Assembly (NCBI GenBank): GCA_951406725.2
Contig: OX597826.1
Span: 71,548,001-71,612,000, forward strand
DNA from: Octopus vulgaris
Taxonomy: Eukaryota
DNA: 64,000 nt
Direction of reading: 5' to 3'
Made by a program: the position numbers and the translations under genes. Positions 1 through 11,012 of this stretch are shown in pieces (positions within the stretch are counted from its first letter, which is position 1; each line of letters begins with the position of its first letter). The notes below the pieces were generated by a model. It was not told the DNA's origin. It made no database searches and saw only the letters and a program-made list of their open reading frames with translations.

Positions 1-44
1 GGTCTTCTATGGGTCTTAATCCGGTCCTGTTGATATATTAGTTG

Positions 45-274
45 TTTCTTTATTACCCACAAGAGGTAATACCATAGAGGGGACAAACAAGGACAGACAA
101 ACGAATTAAGTTGATTACATCGACCCCAGTGCGTAACTGGTACTTTATTTATCGACCCCGAAAGGATAAAAGGCAAAGTCGACCTCGGCGGAATTTGAAC
201 TCAGAACATAACGGCAGATGAAATACGACTATGCATTTCGCTCGGCGTGCTAACGTTTCTGCCAGCTCGCCGCC
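45..274 (-). mobile_element. tRNA-derived SINE, family A (MetaSINE-like core)
   Basis: Reverse complement starts GGCGGCGAGCTGGCAGAA, has a B box GAGTTCAAATTCC and core GTCGACTTTGCCTTTCATCCTTTCGGGGTCGATAAA.AAGTACCAG. Other copies at about 6272-6455, 12618-12835, 18958-19170, 25311-25515 and 55652-55886. Confidence 0.85.
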
Positions 275-589
275 CTCTGTTGATATATTAATTTTCATTT
301 CCATCCAAATCGACTTTCTTGTCATTTGAAACCCTATTATTTAGTCTCGAAGGTATCCACAGTTAGAAAATATAAAAAAGAAAAAGAAGTAAAAAGAAGG
401 AATTTTAACTTGGTGTCTTTTTGAGTGTTGTCTACCAAATAGAAATTGAAGTAATGTTTCTGTGTACATCAGGTAAAATAAAACTTTGTTGTCTTTTCTG
501 CGGTTCGACATTAGAAATCTGCTCCTTCCTTAGCAAAAGATTTCAAATAATTAAATATCGTAGAACATGCAAAAATACTCATGTACATA

Positions 590-1795
590 CGGGGTTGGAC
601 AAAATAATGGAAACACCTTCAAATTTCAAACAAATTTATTCTAATATGGTGTATGACCGCCTTTGGCAGGACTCGTACGAAGTTTGAATTGTTTCCAAAG
701 GAATTTTTGTCTATTCTTCAGCTAAAACAGTCTCCAGTTCTTATAGTGATGATGGTGGAGGATATTGACTTCTTATTTGTTTTTCTAAAATGCACCATAA
801 ATGTTCAATAATATTGAGATCTGGGGACTCTGGTGGCCAGATAAGATGTTCAACTTCACTAAAATGTTCCTCGTACCATTCAGTAACAATTTCAGCTGTG
901 TGAATTGGTGCATTATCATCCTGAAAGATTGCGTTTCCACTCCGGAAACAGTTCCGCAATCATAGGATGAATTTGATCAGATAAAATGCTTAAATAGTCT
1001 TGACTATTAATTTTGCCATGAAGGGAAACCATTGGGCCAGCGGATTTCCAAGATATAGCCCCCATCCCCGATCATCACAGATCCTCCTCCATGTTTAACA
1101 GTTGGAAGAAGGCAGTCTGGGTCAGATGCCTCTTTTGGCTGTCTCTACACATATAATCGGCCGATGGTCGGAAATAAGGTAAAGAATGACTCGCCCGAGA
1201 AAATAACTTTCTTCCACTGCTCTAAGGACCAATTCTGTAGCTTTTACTCCACTTTAAACGCTTTGAAGCGTTTGTTTTTGAAAGTAGTGGTTTTCTGATT
1301 GCAACCCTCCAGTGAAATCCGGCTTTGTGCAGCTTCCAGCGAACAGTTTTTGCGGAAACTGGGTTCTCGAGGTGGTCATTAAGCTCTGCAGTAATTTTGG
1401 GAGCTGTACTTTTGTGATCTTTTCTAACAATTCGCGTAAGAATTCAATGGTCCCTATCTGAAAGTTTTGGTTTTCTTCTGGAGTTTTATTTCGACGAGGA
1501 GGTTTTTCCTTCTTTCTCAAAGGCTGTCATTACTTTCGAGACAGTACTTCTTGATACACCAAACAACCAAACATTTCGGCTGCTTTCGATACGCTAGCGC
1601 CTGCCATACGAGCACCAACTATTTGACCTCTTTGAAAGTCCGATAGATCTGTCATTTTAATGAATTTTAATTACCTTTTCCTGATGATATCTGAAAAGAA
1701 GCAGCAATTATAGCAAAACATATTAAGAAATACTAATAATAAATCAACAAACATAAAAAGAAACTAGCTTTTGGCGGTTTTATAGATATTATAAA
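590..1795 (-). mobile_element. Degenerate Tc1-family DNA transposon
   Basis: TA followed by TIR CGGGGTTGGACAAAATAATGGAAACACC at 590. Frameshifted transposase from ATG near 1655 (MTDLSDFQRGQIVGAR...) through FQDDNAPIH and WPPESPDLNIIEHLW. The second TIR was not found. Confidence 0.9.
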
Positions 1796-1849
1796 AGACC
1801 TATGAAATGTAATCTTTGCCTCTCTGAAAAATTCTTCATCCTGTTCCAG

Positions 1850-4183
1850 GATAAAAACGCTTTGAACTAGAGACGCGAGCTCTTAAATTCCTACAGGTAC
1901 GCCACAAAATTTAAAATGTCAACCGACAAAATACCGTATGGGTAAAATGTTTTGACTTTCGGAATATTTTTTTACTGTCGCATCTGAATTTGACTTTACA
2001 GTGTATGGTTATTTTGCATCGCAACGGTGATATATATATTTCGACTTAATCTTGAAGAAAGCCTTCGACCGTTTTAGATATTAAATTTTAAGCTTAAACT
2101 TCGCCGAGGTTCATTTTTATTTTATTTTATTTTATTTTTACCTACCTATTTAATTATGTTACATCAAATTAATGTAAAATTTCATTTTTTGTTTTATTAT
2201 TTTTATTTTTACATTTTAATATTATACACACCGGACAGATTTTTAAAATTGTTTGCATATATGCGTTATGATGTAGATATGTCTTTATATATTTATATTT
2301 ACGTGTATATGGTAACATGGAGAGAATGCCGGGTCTTCAATATTAAAAATGATCAATTGAGCAAAAAAACCGTTACTATATCAATTCAATTATTGATATT
2401 GTGCATTTTCTTTGCGCAAACGAATTGCCTTTTCGAGGAAACGAAAATGAAGCTTTTGAGGATCTTTATTCTGAAGATGAGACGCAGTCTTGTGGTCTTT
2501 TTATGAAATTATTCCAATACATATTAGAGAAAGACTCAAAGCTAATGGAATGTTACAGCACGATTTCAAAAATTGCGACCTGTATCTCGGCAGCAATGCA
2601 AAACGAAATCATCGAATTGTTGAGGAGATACACTGTCAGCCTTGCTGTAGATGACATAAAATGTTCCGATGAAATGTGACGGAACGCGTAATTTGAGTAA
2701 TACTGAAAATCTTGCAATTGTTATTAGGTTCTCGAAAAATGGAAGGGTTCTGGAAAACTTAGTTGAAATGACAACTACTCGACATTATGATGCTGAAACA
2801 TTGGCCGACTTGTTAATTAAGGAATTAACCAACCTTTGCATTGACCCATTGTCACAATGCTACGATGATGCTTCTGTGATGTCTGGCAAAATAGGTGGAC
2901 CCCAAAGAAAGATTCAGAATGTTCATTATCTTAATCATCAGTTGCATCTTGTCGCGGTTAACAGAATAAAGCGGATTCCGAAGTTAGGTACGTTCTTCGA
3001 CATTTTTATTAGTCTTCATAATTTTATTAAAGGGCCAAGGATAGCTAGTCTCGGCAAAGGATTGAAATTGCCGTCTTATGGAACATAGGTGGTCGGGTGA
3101 TTTCAGTGCCATTGCTTCTGTAACAGAAAATCTCTCCAAGATTGTTGGTTTGCTAACCGAGTACACGGATTCATCCGATTCAAAAACGTGTGTTGAGGCA
3201 ACTGGAATTTTACATCAAGTTCGTTCCAAAAGGTTTGTTTTTCTAGCCCTTGATCTTAAAAAATTTCCCGCATACATTTAGGCCAGTGGACAAACAGCTT
3301 CAGAGACACAATTGTGATACACACCATGGCCTTGGGCTTCCTAAGATTGCCAAGAGTGAAATAATCAAACTGAGAGACTCTTCAATATTTGATGAGATTC
3401 TGAAACAAATGAGTCAATTGAGGAACGCTTGTTTCGGAAAGCTTATGGGTCCCAACGTTTTTCAGATTATGTTGTTGAAGCCCTGGTACCATCACAAGCT
3501 GACTGGATAATCTTTCACCGCAAAATTTATTTCGTGGTCATCGACGTAAACTTGGTAGAGCTAGATAATAGATTTTCAGAGCAAAACGACAGCAGATATT
3601 CTTCCTTGGCAAGTCTACTACCAATGTCCGAGACATTTTTGGATTTTAATGCTTTAAAACCTTTGAGTAATTTAGTTAATTGCGATAAATCAGCCTTACT
3701 GTGGCTAAAGCATACATTTCAAAACAAAATATGACACTGCTGGATATTTAGGGATCTTTACGTATCGTACAGGATGTTTTTCCAAATGTTTATCTATTGT
3801 ATGGTACAGCATTAACATTTGGATATAGCACAGTCACATGTGAGTTATCGTTTTCGACGCTAACTCTAATTATGACATCCTTTCGACGAAATATGAAGCA
3901 CCAACGAAAATCAAAATCAAACCTCGTGATACTTGCTTCTCTTAGTAAATACAAACCAAGTATAGACAAGGGCAATTTTCTTAATTTTTTTTTTTTTGCA
4001 CTGCGTTGCCGTAGATTGTGGTTATATTAAATAAATGTAACCTGATTTTATTATTTCGTGTTGTGAATTTTCTTGAATGATGCAATCAAATTTTATAAAC
4101 AGTGCGGTTTTTAGAGTTCTGATCAACACCCCCCGGCTATCAAGATAGCCCCCACCCAGTTGCAGTCGGCTGGCCACATGGTT
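1850..4183 (+). mobile_element. Degenerate hAT transposon (ZMYM1-like/DUF4371 transposase pseudogene)
   Basis: Broken ORFs 2401-4030 contain LPFRGNE, CDGTRN, QCYDDASVMSG, HYLNHQLHLV, RWS and TCELSFSTL. TIR-like end CTGGCCACATGGTTG near 4183. Left boundary is uncertain. Confidence 0.85.
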
Positions 4184-6049
4184 GGTGCGTGTGTTTGTGA
4201 TCAATTTACTGTAATTGATATGCATTATTGCACAGTAAAATACCCAAGATAAATTAGCGTGTAAGCAGTTGAATTATGGAATAACTTGAACTCCGATCGT
4301 CGAAACCAACTTAAATCCTATTTTTTAAATCTTTTCCGCCTCTCTTTTCTTTTCTTTTTTTTTTCAACTGCTGTGATTATCCGTTTTTTTTGCAACAAAT
4401 GTTTTTATATTTGTACATCTCGTACAACCATTATTTGTAAGATCTATATAACGGAGTGGTGAGTGGAAGAGGCAAGTAGCAGGCTTTGTGAGAAAATGTT
4501 TTTTTCCGTTTAGAATCTTATCTCTACTTAAACACACCTACTTATATATTCTCTCGACTGACATTCATATCTGTAAACTCCTATGTAAAAAGTCTTCCCC
4601 GTCCACCTCTGTTTTGCTTTCCTGTTTTTTTTTTTTTTTATATCGTGAATCTAAAATCTGTCTGCCAGTTAATCCTCACTTCTTTGCAAAGTCAACAAGT
4701 CTTAGTGTTTTTAGTTGACCCTTCAAAGACCTGCCACTGCGTTAAACCGACTACGAAGCCATACGCGTACTCTGGTAATTATTCTTTTAGTTAACTATTA
4801 CTTTTAATTAATATCCATCTTTTCTTTTTTTCTCTTTGCTGTTTTAGTATTTTTTTTTTTCTTCTTGCTTTCGTTTTTTTTCTTTTCTTTCCGTGGCTTG
4901 ACACATTAGAAGTTTAAAAAAGAATATGTTGAAATCTGCGGAAACGCAATTGAACGGTCGGTCTTCTCTGTAGACTAAATAAGAGCCGTGAATGACAACA
5001 GTTGACAGGTTTGGTAAGTTCCATATTACTGAGTCTTTTGGAATTTCCACCAATGACCTGTTTTATTTATTTCTGTCTGGTATTATTTGGGATCTTTTCA
5101 TTTTGAAGGCCAGGTTTTCCTAGTTAACTAAACAATTTGAAACTTCGTATACTGGTAGAACGTGTGAAAAGAAAACATAATTGTAAACCAAAATGAAAAC
5201 GGAATTGTAATTTCTAAGTTTAACGTTGTTTAATAATTCGAATTTTAACCAATGGTAATTCTTTCTTTCGACCTTATTTGTTTGTAGTCACACGAAGTCA
5301 ATTTCTCTCCTTACAACTTGTTAACCAGAGTCAGCTCTTTTATGAATTTAATATATTTTGCCATCCATCTGACATAATGAATATACCGGGCAACAAAACC
5401 GAACACCTGGCACTTCAGTAAATACAAAACCAATCTTATCTTTTACATGAAATGACGGTTAGTTCTGTTGCAATAACACAAAGGACACTAAAGAATTACA
5501 TTGTTAAATTAGTTACATTTGGAGTCACTTAATGGTTGTCAAACATATCTGATAGTTTTTCACCCATTTGTTCCTTCAGTGGTTGTATCAACAAAGACTA
5601 GACCAGTTTGCTATTGGTTATTCGTTGCCAGGAAAATTGTTCTTCGATGTATAAAACTTCTATTTGCGACTAAAACTGGATCAGCAGCCTTAAAGCTGGC
5701 ATTTGTTTCCGTTTTGTAAATGTTCGTAAAAGGATTATACATATACACACTCGCGAGTAAGGGGACAAACGAACGTGGCACTCAACACATTTGGTAGGAG
5801 TTAGATATGTTGTTTAAAACAGTTTGACTCAGCTCCACGCAACTCAAAGTAGAGGGTATGAGTCTCGTCCGATGAGACTCGTACATCCAGGTAAGCTCAT
5901 TCTACAAGCCTCCGAAACTAAGTTGCATGAAACAGACTAAAACTTATTAATTTATATAAATGTGTGCGTGCGTGAGTGAATGAACTACAAAAAAAAATTT
6001 CAATACATTTTTTTAAAATTCTTTAATCGGAAGAAGGTTTTGAAAGTGA

Positions 6050-6154
6050 CTCATTCACCATGATTGATTGCTAGCCACTAAACCTTTTTTTTTATTTTCT
6101 CTCTCTGCTTATTTTTGAGTTCCTTTCTGTTGAAGAACGTTGGCTCGAAACGTA
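6050..6154 (+). mobile_element. Penelope-like terminal-repeat remnant with degenerate minimal hammerhead motif
   Basis: CTGTTGAAGAACGTTGGCTCGAAACGTA at 6127-6154 parallels the motif at 8316. Related sequence lies on the minus strand at about 26985-27075. Confidence 0.55.
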
Positions 6155-6829
6155 TTAGGGATCTTTTCGGTTTGAACGGCAGTTTTTTCTAGCGGTATCA
6201 TATGAAATTGTCACCCATAATTATGACCCTAGTATCGATCTATTGTATTTCAATCTGTTTTAGGGTTAGGGGTATTTCGTCTGTCGTTACGTTCTGAGTT
6301 CAAATTCCGCCTAGGTCGACTTTGCCTTTCATCCCTTTCGGGGTCGATAAATTAACTACCAGTTATGCACTGGGGTCGATAAAATCGACTTAATCCATTT
6401 CTCTGTCCTTGTTTGTCCCCTCTGTTTAGCCCCTTGTGGGTAGTAAAGAAATAGGTACCTAATGTTAGCTCCATATAGAGATGGTTGTCAATTGATCTAT
6501 AAGGATGGTGGGGGAGGGATGTGGTGCTTATGTGAAACCTGTTAGGCTGTACTCACAATGACATACACTATTTTATGCCTGACTGGCTGTACAGTACTAG
6601 TACACAGTATGTGGCTTTTCAAGGTGAGCTCTGATTGGCTGTATGCAAATGAGTTCATTACTGGGATCCGGAACTCTCATTGGGGGGGAGGGCATTTTGC
6701 TAGTGGGACGGCGTCATTCAAAAGCTACGAGGAAGCGCATTGTGACTAGGAGTGTATAACATCTGATAATTTGGTCAATACTGAGGTGTGTGTGTGTATA
6801 AATCGAAATTGAACCAGATTTGATGATTG

Positions 6830-7256
6830 GCACCTGTGCCAGTGGAGCGCTAACAGCTCCCTCTGAGTGGGATCACTGCCAGAGCAGCTGTCTGGCTTCC
6901 GTGCCGGTGACACGTAAAAAGCACCATTTGAGCGTGATCTTTACCAGTGTCGCCTTACTGGCACGTGAACAAAACATTTGAGTAAGGTCGTTGCCAGTGC
7001 CGCTGGATTGACTCCTGTGCAGGTGACACGTAAAAAACACCATTTTGAGCATGACTGTTGCCAGTACCGCCAGACTGGCCCTCGTGCCGGTGGCACGTAA
7101 AAGCACCCACTACACTCTCAGAGTGGTTGGCGTTAGGAAGGGCACCCACGTGTAGAAACCTTGCCAGATCAGATTGGAGCCTGGCACAGCCATCTGGTTC
7201 ACCAGTCCTCAATCAAATCGTCCAACCCATGCTAGCATGGAAAGCGGACGTAAATG

Positions 7257-7262
<6 letters not shown>
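6830..7262 (+). mobile_element. Non-autonomous retroelement with RTE-like 3' tail and (GAT)n end, family R
   Basis: Internal ~65-bp subrepeats (GTGCCGGTGGCACGTAAAAAGCACC), then GTGGTTGGCGTTAGGAAGGGCA...CCAACCCATGCTAGCATGGAAAGCGGACGTAAATGATGATG. Other copies at about 16945-17135, 20040-20445, 20590-20900, 22510-22838, 24100-24400, 45320-45668, 47000-47290, 48060-48527, 58100-58485 and 60795-61150. Confidence 0.8.
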
Positions 7263-7305
<43 letters not shown>

Positions 7306-7660
7306 GTCTTTCCTACATGAACGCTATGTGTAAACAAATAAGACTTGCATATAGATTATTCGTTTTTAAGTGGAAACAGTATAAATGTTATGTATTCTGC
7401 TTGGAGTAACTCGATCTAAAAGTATATTCTTTTATTGTTTTTACATCTATCCTTTCACCTGTTTCAGTCATTTGACTGTGGCCATGCTGGAGCACTGCCT
7501 TAGTCGAACAAATCAACTCCAAGACTTATTCTTTGTAAACCTAGTACTTGTTCTATCAGACTGTACAGACAAACTGCTAAGTTATGGGGGCGTTAGCACA
7601 CCAACATCACTTGTTAAGCGATGGTGAGGGAACACACACACACACACACACACCCTTATA

Positions 7661-8134
7661 CAGTAATCCCTCAACTGTTGCTGGTGTTCCAGAACCCCCA
7701 ACAATAGATGAAAATTGGCAAAGTAGAAACTGTACTGTACTGCTTATTTTTTTAATTTTTATAATTTTCACATGTTTATCTTTATATATAAAAGTGAAGT
7801 TGTGTGTGTCTGTCTCCTACGATTTAGATTCCTAACTACTCCCACATTTTGCGGTGCAGTTTAACCAAAACCGGTTAAATAGTTGTGATTCATATCGAGC
7901 TCTTCTGGGTATTAGCGCGCGTCTACGATGAGTCTACGATTTAAAAAAAAAATTACCATCATTTTTTCCCATTTTTAATGCATTTTTGGCTATTATATAA
8001 GGGAAGTAACTCTCTAAAAATGCTTATATAGTTATTTTCCTTACAAACCCGAGCAACGCCGGGCGATACTGCTACTTTTATCATAAATGCAAAACAACAC
8101 CATGGAGGAACTGCGATATAGCAAGGAATTACTG
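7661..8134. mobile_element. Tigger/pogo-like MITE
   Basis: TA|CAGTAATCCCTC ... CAAGGAATTACTG|TA terminal inverted repeats with TA flanks. Confidence 0.75.
7779..8075 (+). mobile_element. Non-autonomous Helitron
   Basis: 5' end A|TCTTTATATATAAAAG. 3' hairpin CCCGAGCAACGCCGGG followed by CTAC|T (CTAG in the sister copy at 13216). Confidence 0.8.
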
Positions 8135-8289
8135 TATATACGACCGGCTTCTTTCAGTTTCTGTCTACCAAATCCACTCATAAGGCTTTGGTCAGCCCGA
8201 GGCTATAGTAAAAGACACTGGCCCTAGGTGCTATACAGTGGGACTGAACCTGAAACCATGTGGCTGGGAAGAAAGCTTCTTACCACATT

Positions 8290-8455
8290 CTTGGACTTTC
8301 CTCCGTCTCCTATTTCTGATGAAGAGCTTTGCTCGAAACGTGAAACTACCTTTCTTTCCTACTCTGAGCATCTGTTAATACTTTGCATCATGTACCACGT
8401 CCTTGTGTTGTTCTTTGTTTTTGTTTTTTGTTTTTTTTTTGGGTGGGGGTTAATT
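8290..8455 (+). mobile_element. Penelope-like terminal-repeat remnant with minimal hammerhead motif
   Basis: CTGATGA-A-GAGC-TTT-GCTC-GAAACGT at 8316-8341, the layout known for minimal hammerheads of Penelope-like elements. Confidence 0.65.
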
Positions 8456-8555
8456 TACTACTGCGTGGCATCTTGGGCAAGTGTCTTCTGCTATAGCCCT
8501 GGGCTGACCAATGCCTTGTGAGTGGATTTGGTAGACGGAAACTGAAAGAAGCTTG

Positions 8556-8594
<39 letters not shown>

Positions 8595-8765
8595 CTAGCA
8601 TTGCTTGACAACCGATACTGGTGTGTTTACGTCCCCGTAACTTAGCAGTTCGGCAAAAGAGATTGATAGAATAAGTACTGGGCTTACAAAGAATAAGTCC
8701 CGGGGTCGATTTGCTCGACTAAAGGCGGTGCTCCAGCATGGCCGCAGTCAAATGACTGAAACATG

Positions 8766-8802
<37 letters not shown>

Positions 8803-9656
8803 GGTGGGCTTCTTTCAGTTTCTGTCTACCAAATCCACTCGCAAGGCTCTGGTCGGCCCAAGTCTATAGCAGAAGACACTTACACAAGAGGCTGCACAAT
8901 GGGACTGAACCCAGAACCATGTGGTTGGGAAGCAAGCTTCTTACCACAGCCGTGTCTACACCCACGTGAAAAATATTAATAATGCCAATTATGAACATTA
9001 ACAATAGAGCTCAGCAACAAAATTTTAAACCTGTTCATTTTGAAGGAAATTTCAGACACGTTTTTTTTTTTTTTTTTTTTTAATCATAGTTTTGTAAAAA
9101 TATTTTCTGCTGCAAATTTTTTTTTTTTTTTTTCTTGACAAAAACTTGAAAATTTCAACAATGAAGATACTTTTCATTCTTCTTTCTGATTTTTTTTTTT
9201 TTCTTCTAATCATAGTTTTGTAAAAAATATTTTCCGCTGCCCCCCTATTACAAATTTTTTTTTTATTTTTCACAGACATTCCTGTTTTCCCAATCATCTT
9301 TCATCTTCTGTCACTGACCTGTTATTAAAAGTTACATACATGAAAGGGGTGGACAGTTTTCTTTCTTGCTTTTATTTGCAGCATCTACCCCTGCTTTGTT
9401 TTGTTGTCCTTGATTTAAGTTTTCAAGATCTTTTTTTTTTTTTTTTGTTTTCCCACTTAAATTAGTTAACATCATGCTTTTGGTCCTTTGTTCTGCTACA
9501 TACTAGACACATTTCATAGAAACTTTGACTTTTTCTAAAGATTAACAATTTTGTTCAATTTTCCATCATTGGACTACAGCCTTGATAGAGCCCTTCCTTC
9601 AAGAGTTTTAGATGGTTGATCCCAGGTACTTATTTCAGTAATATGTTACACAGACA

Positions 9657-10042
9657 GGCGTAGGAGTGGCTGTGTGGTAAGTAGCATGCTTACGAACCAC
9701 ATGATTCCAGGTTCAGTCCCACTGTGTGATACCTTGGGCAAGTGTCTTCTACTATAGCCTCAGGCCGACCAAAGCCTTGTGAGTGAATTTGGTAGATGGA
9801 AATTGAAAGAAGCCCGTCATATATATGTATGTGTGTGTCTATATGTTTGTGTGTCTGTGTTTGTCCCTCCAACATCGCTGGTGTGTTTAGGTCCCCATAA
9901 CTTAGCGGTTCGGCAAAAGAGACTGATAGAATAAGTACTAGGCTTACAAAGAATATGTCCTGGGGTTGATTTGCTTAACTAAAGAAAGGCAGTGCTCCAG
10001 CATGGCCATGGTCAAATGACTGAAACAAGTAAAAGAGTAAGA
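9657..10042 (+). mobile_element. SINE family B, near full-length copy
   Basis: A/B-box head, GATACCTTGGGCAAGTG core, (TA/TG)n middle, AAAAGAGT tail. Similar copies at 19285-19675(-), 34590-34930(+), 48925-49345(-), 49520-49905(+), 50685-51077(-), 53345-53712(-) and 63225-63660(+). Confidence 0.85.
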
Positions 10043-10056
10043 GTATATATTGTGTG

Positions 10057-10660
10057 TACCTGGTCTGATCAATAAGTATCCGGACTATTGCCATAATACC
10101 AAAGTTAAAGTACATAGTGAAGCCACTGGGCACAGATTGACCTTGAACTCTGCAGTGCATGTGCACTAAGTTTTAACATTCTGGTTCACTTCTGCTCAGC
10201 AGTGCTTGGAAGTAATGGGATCATCACACTGACCACGACAGAGAAAGTCGAGCAGAGAATCTGCATCAAATTTTTCCAAAAGCTTGGTGATACCGGCTCA
10301 GAGGCCTACGCAAAGTTTTCAAAAGGTTTTCATCATTCTCGACACAATGAAGGAGATCTTGTGCAACTGAAACCCAAGTGTCTTTTGGGTCAGCTGAGAG
10401 CAGTTTTGGTACAAACTTGGCAATCATGTGTCTCATACCCAAATCTTCAGTGATAATGGACTGGACTGGACTGGACTGAACCGAACCATAACTTATCTTC
10501 TGATAACTCACAGATGGTGATTCGACGATCTCACCTCATTGCATGTACATCTGTGACATTTTTTTCAGTCATCTTGGAAATGTTTGAACCACTCGTACAC
10601 TTGTGTGCAACTCGTACGCTCCTCTCCATACACTTTTTGCAACTTTATGTAGACCTCTGT
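10057..10660. mobile_element. Rearranged mariner relic with internal inversion
   Basis: TIR GGTCTGATCAATAAGTATCCGGACT. EQRICIKFFQKLG is on the + strand, while the continuation IITEDLGMRHMIAKFVPKLLS is on the - strand. Confidence 0.8.
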
Positions 10661-10731
10661 TGTACATCTCTGACATGATCAGTAATATTTTGCTGTCTTA
10701 AATCTATGACTTGGATGCTAACATTCAACTT

Positions 10732-11012
10732 CCATGACCGATATCCAAACTACAGTGGAGAAGGCTAGCCACTGGATTTGGTTAAAAAGAGACGATGAGC
10801 GATGGCTAGAAGAATATTGAACTATATTTGATAACCAGTTGATCTAGCAAGCGGGGCCTCATATCAGTGAGGGAGACCGGTGTGCATTGATGCCGTCGAG
10901 AGGTAGGCCCCCAAATGGTACGCATTCTCTCCTGGTGACCCCATACACTTGCTGGCTTCTGGTATGCGGAGTTTTTGACTGGTAGCACTTGCATGTGCAA
11001 GTGGTTTGCAAG
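10732..11012 (+). mobile_element. 5'-truncated Hero-like (REL endonuclease) non-LTR retrotransposon, 3' end
   Basis: Encodes MTDIQTTVEKASHWIWLKRDDERWLEEY* plus a 3' UTR. Homologous to 23288-23567 in reverse orientation. Confidence 0.75.

Larger units (their letters stand above)
7445..8288 (-). mobile_element. tRNA-derived SINE, family B (CORE-like, central microsatellite), interrupted by nested insertions
   Basis: Same head (GGCGCAGGAGTGGCTGTGTGGTAAG...GGTTCAGTCCC) and tail (GCTCCAGCATGGCCGCAGTCAAATGACTGAAAC) as about 20 other copies in the window. The two halves flank 7661-8134. Confidence 0.8.

Noticed and set aside
6259-6272. Telomeric TTAGGG repeats (also at about 40033-40050)
   Set aside because: Only 2-3 units, associated with interspersed repeats; not a telomere.
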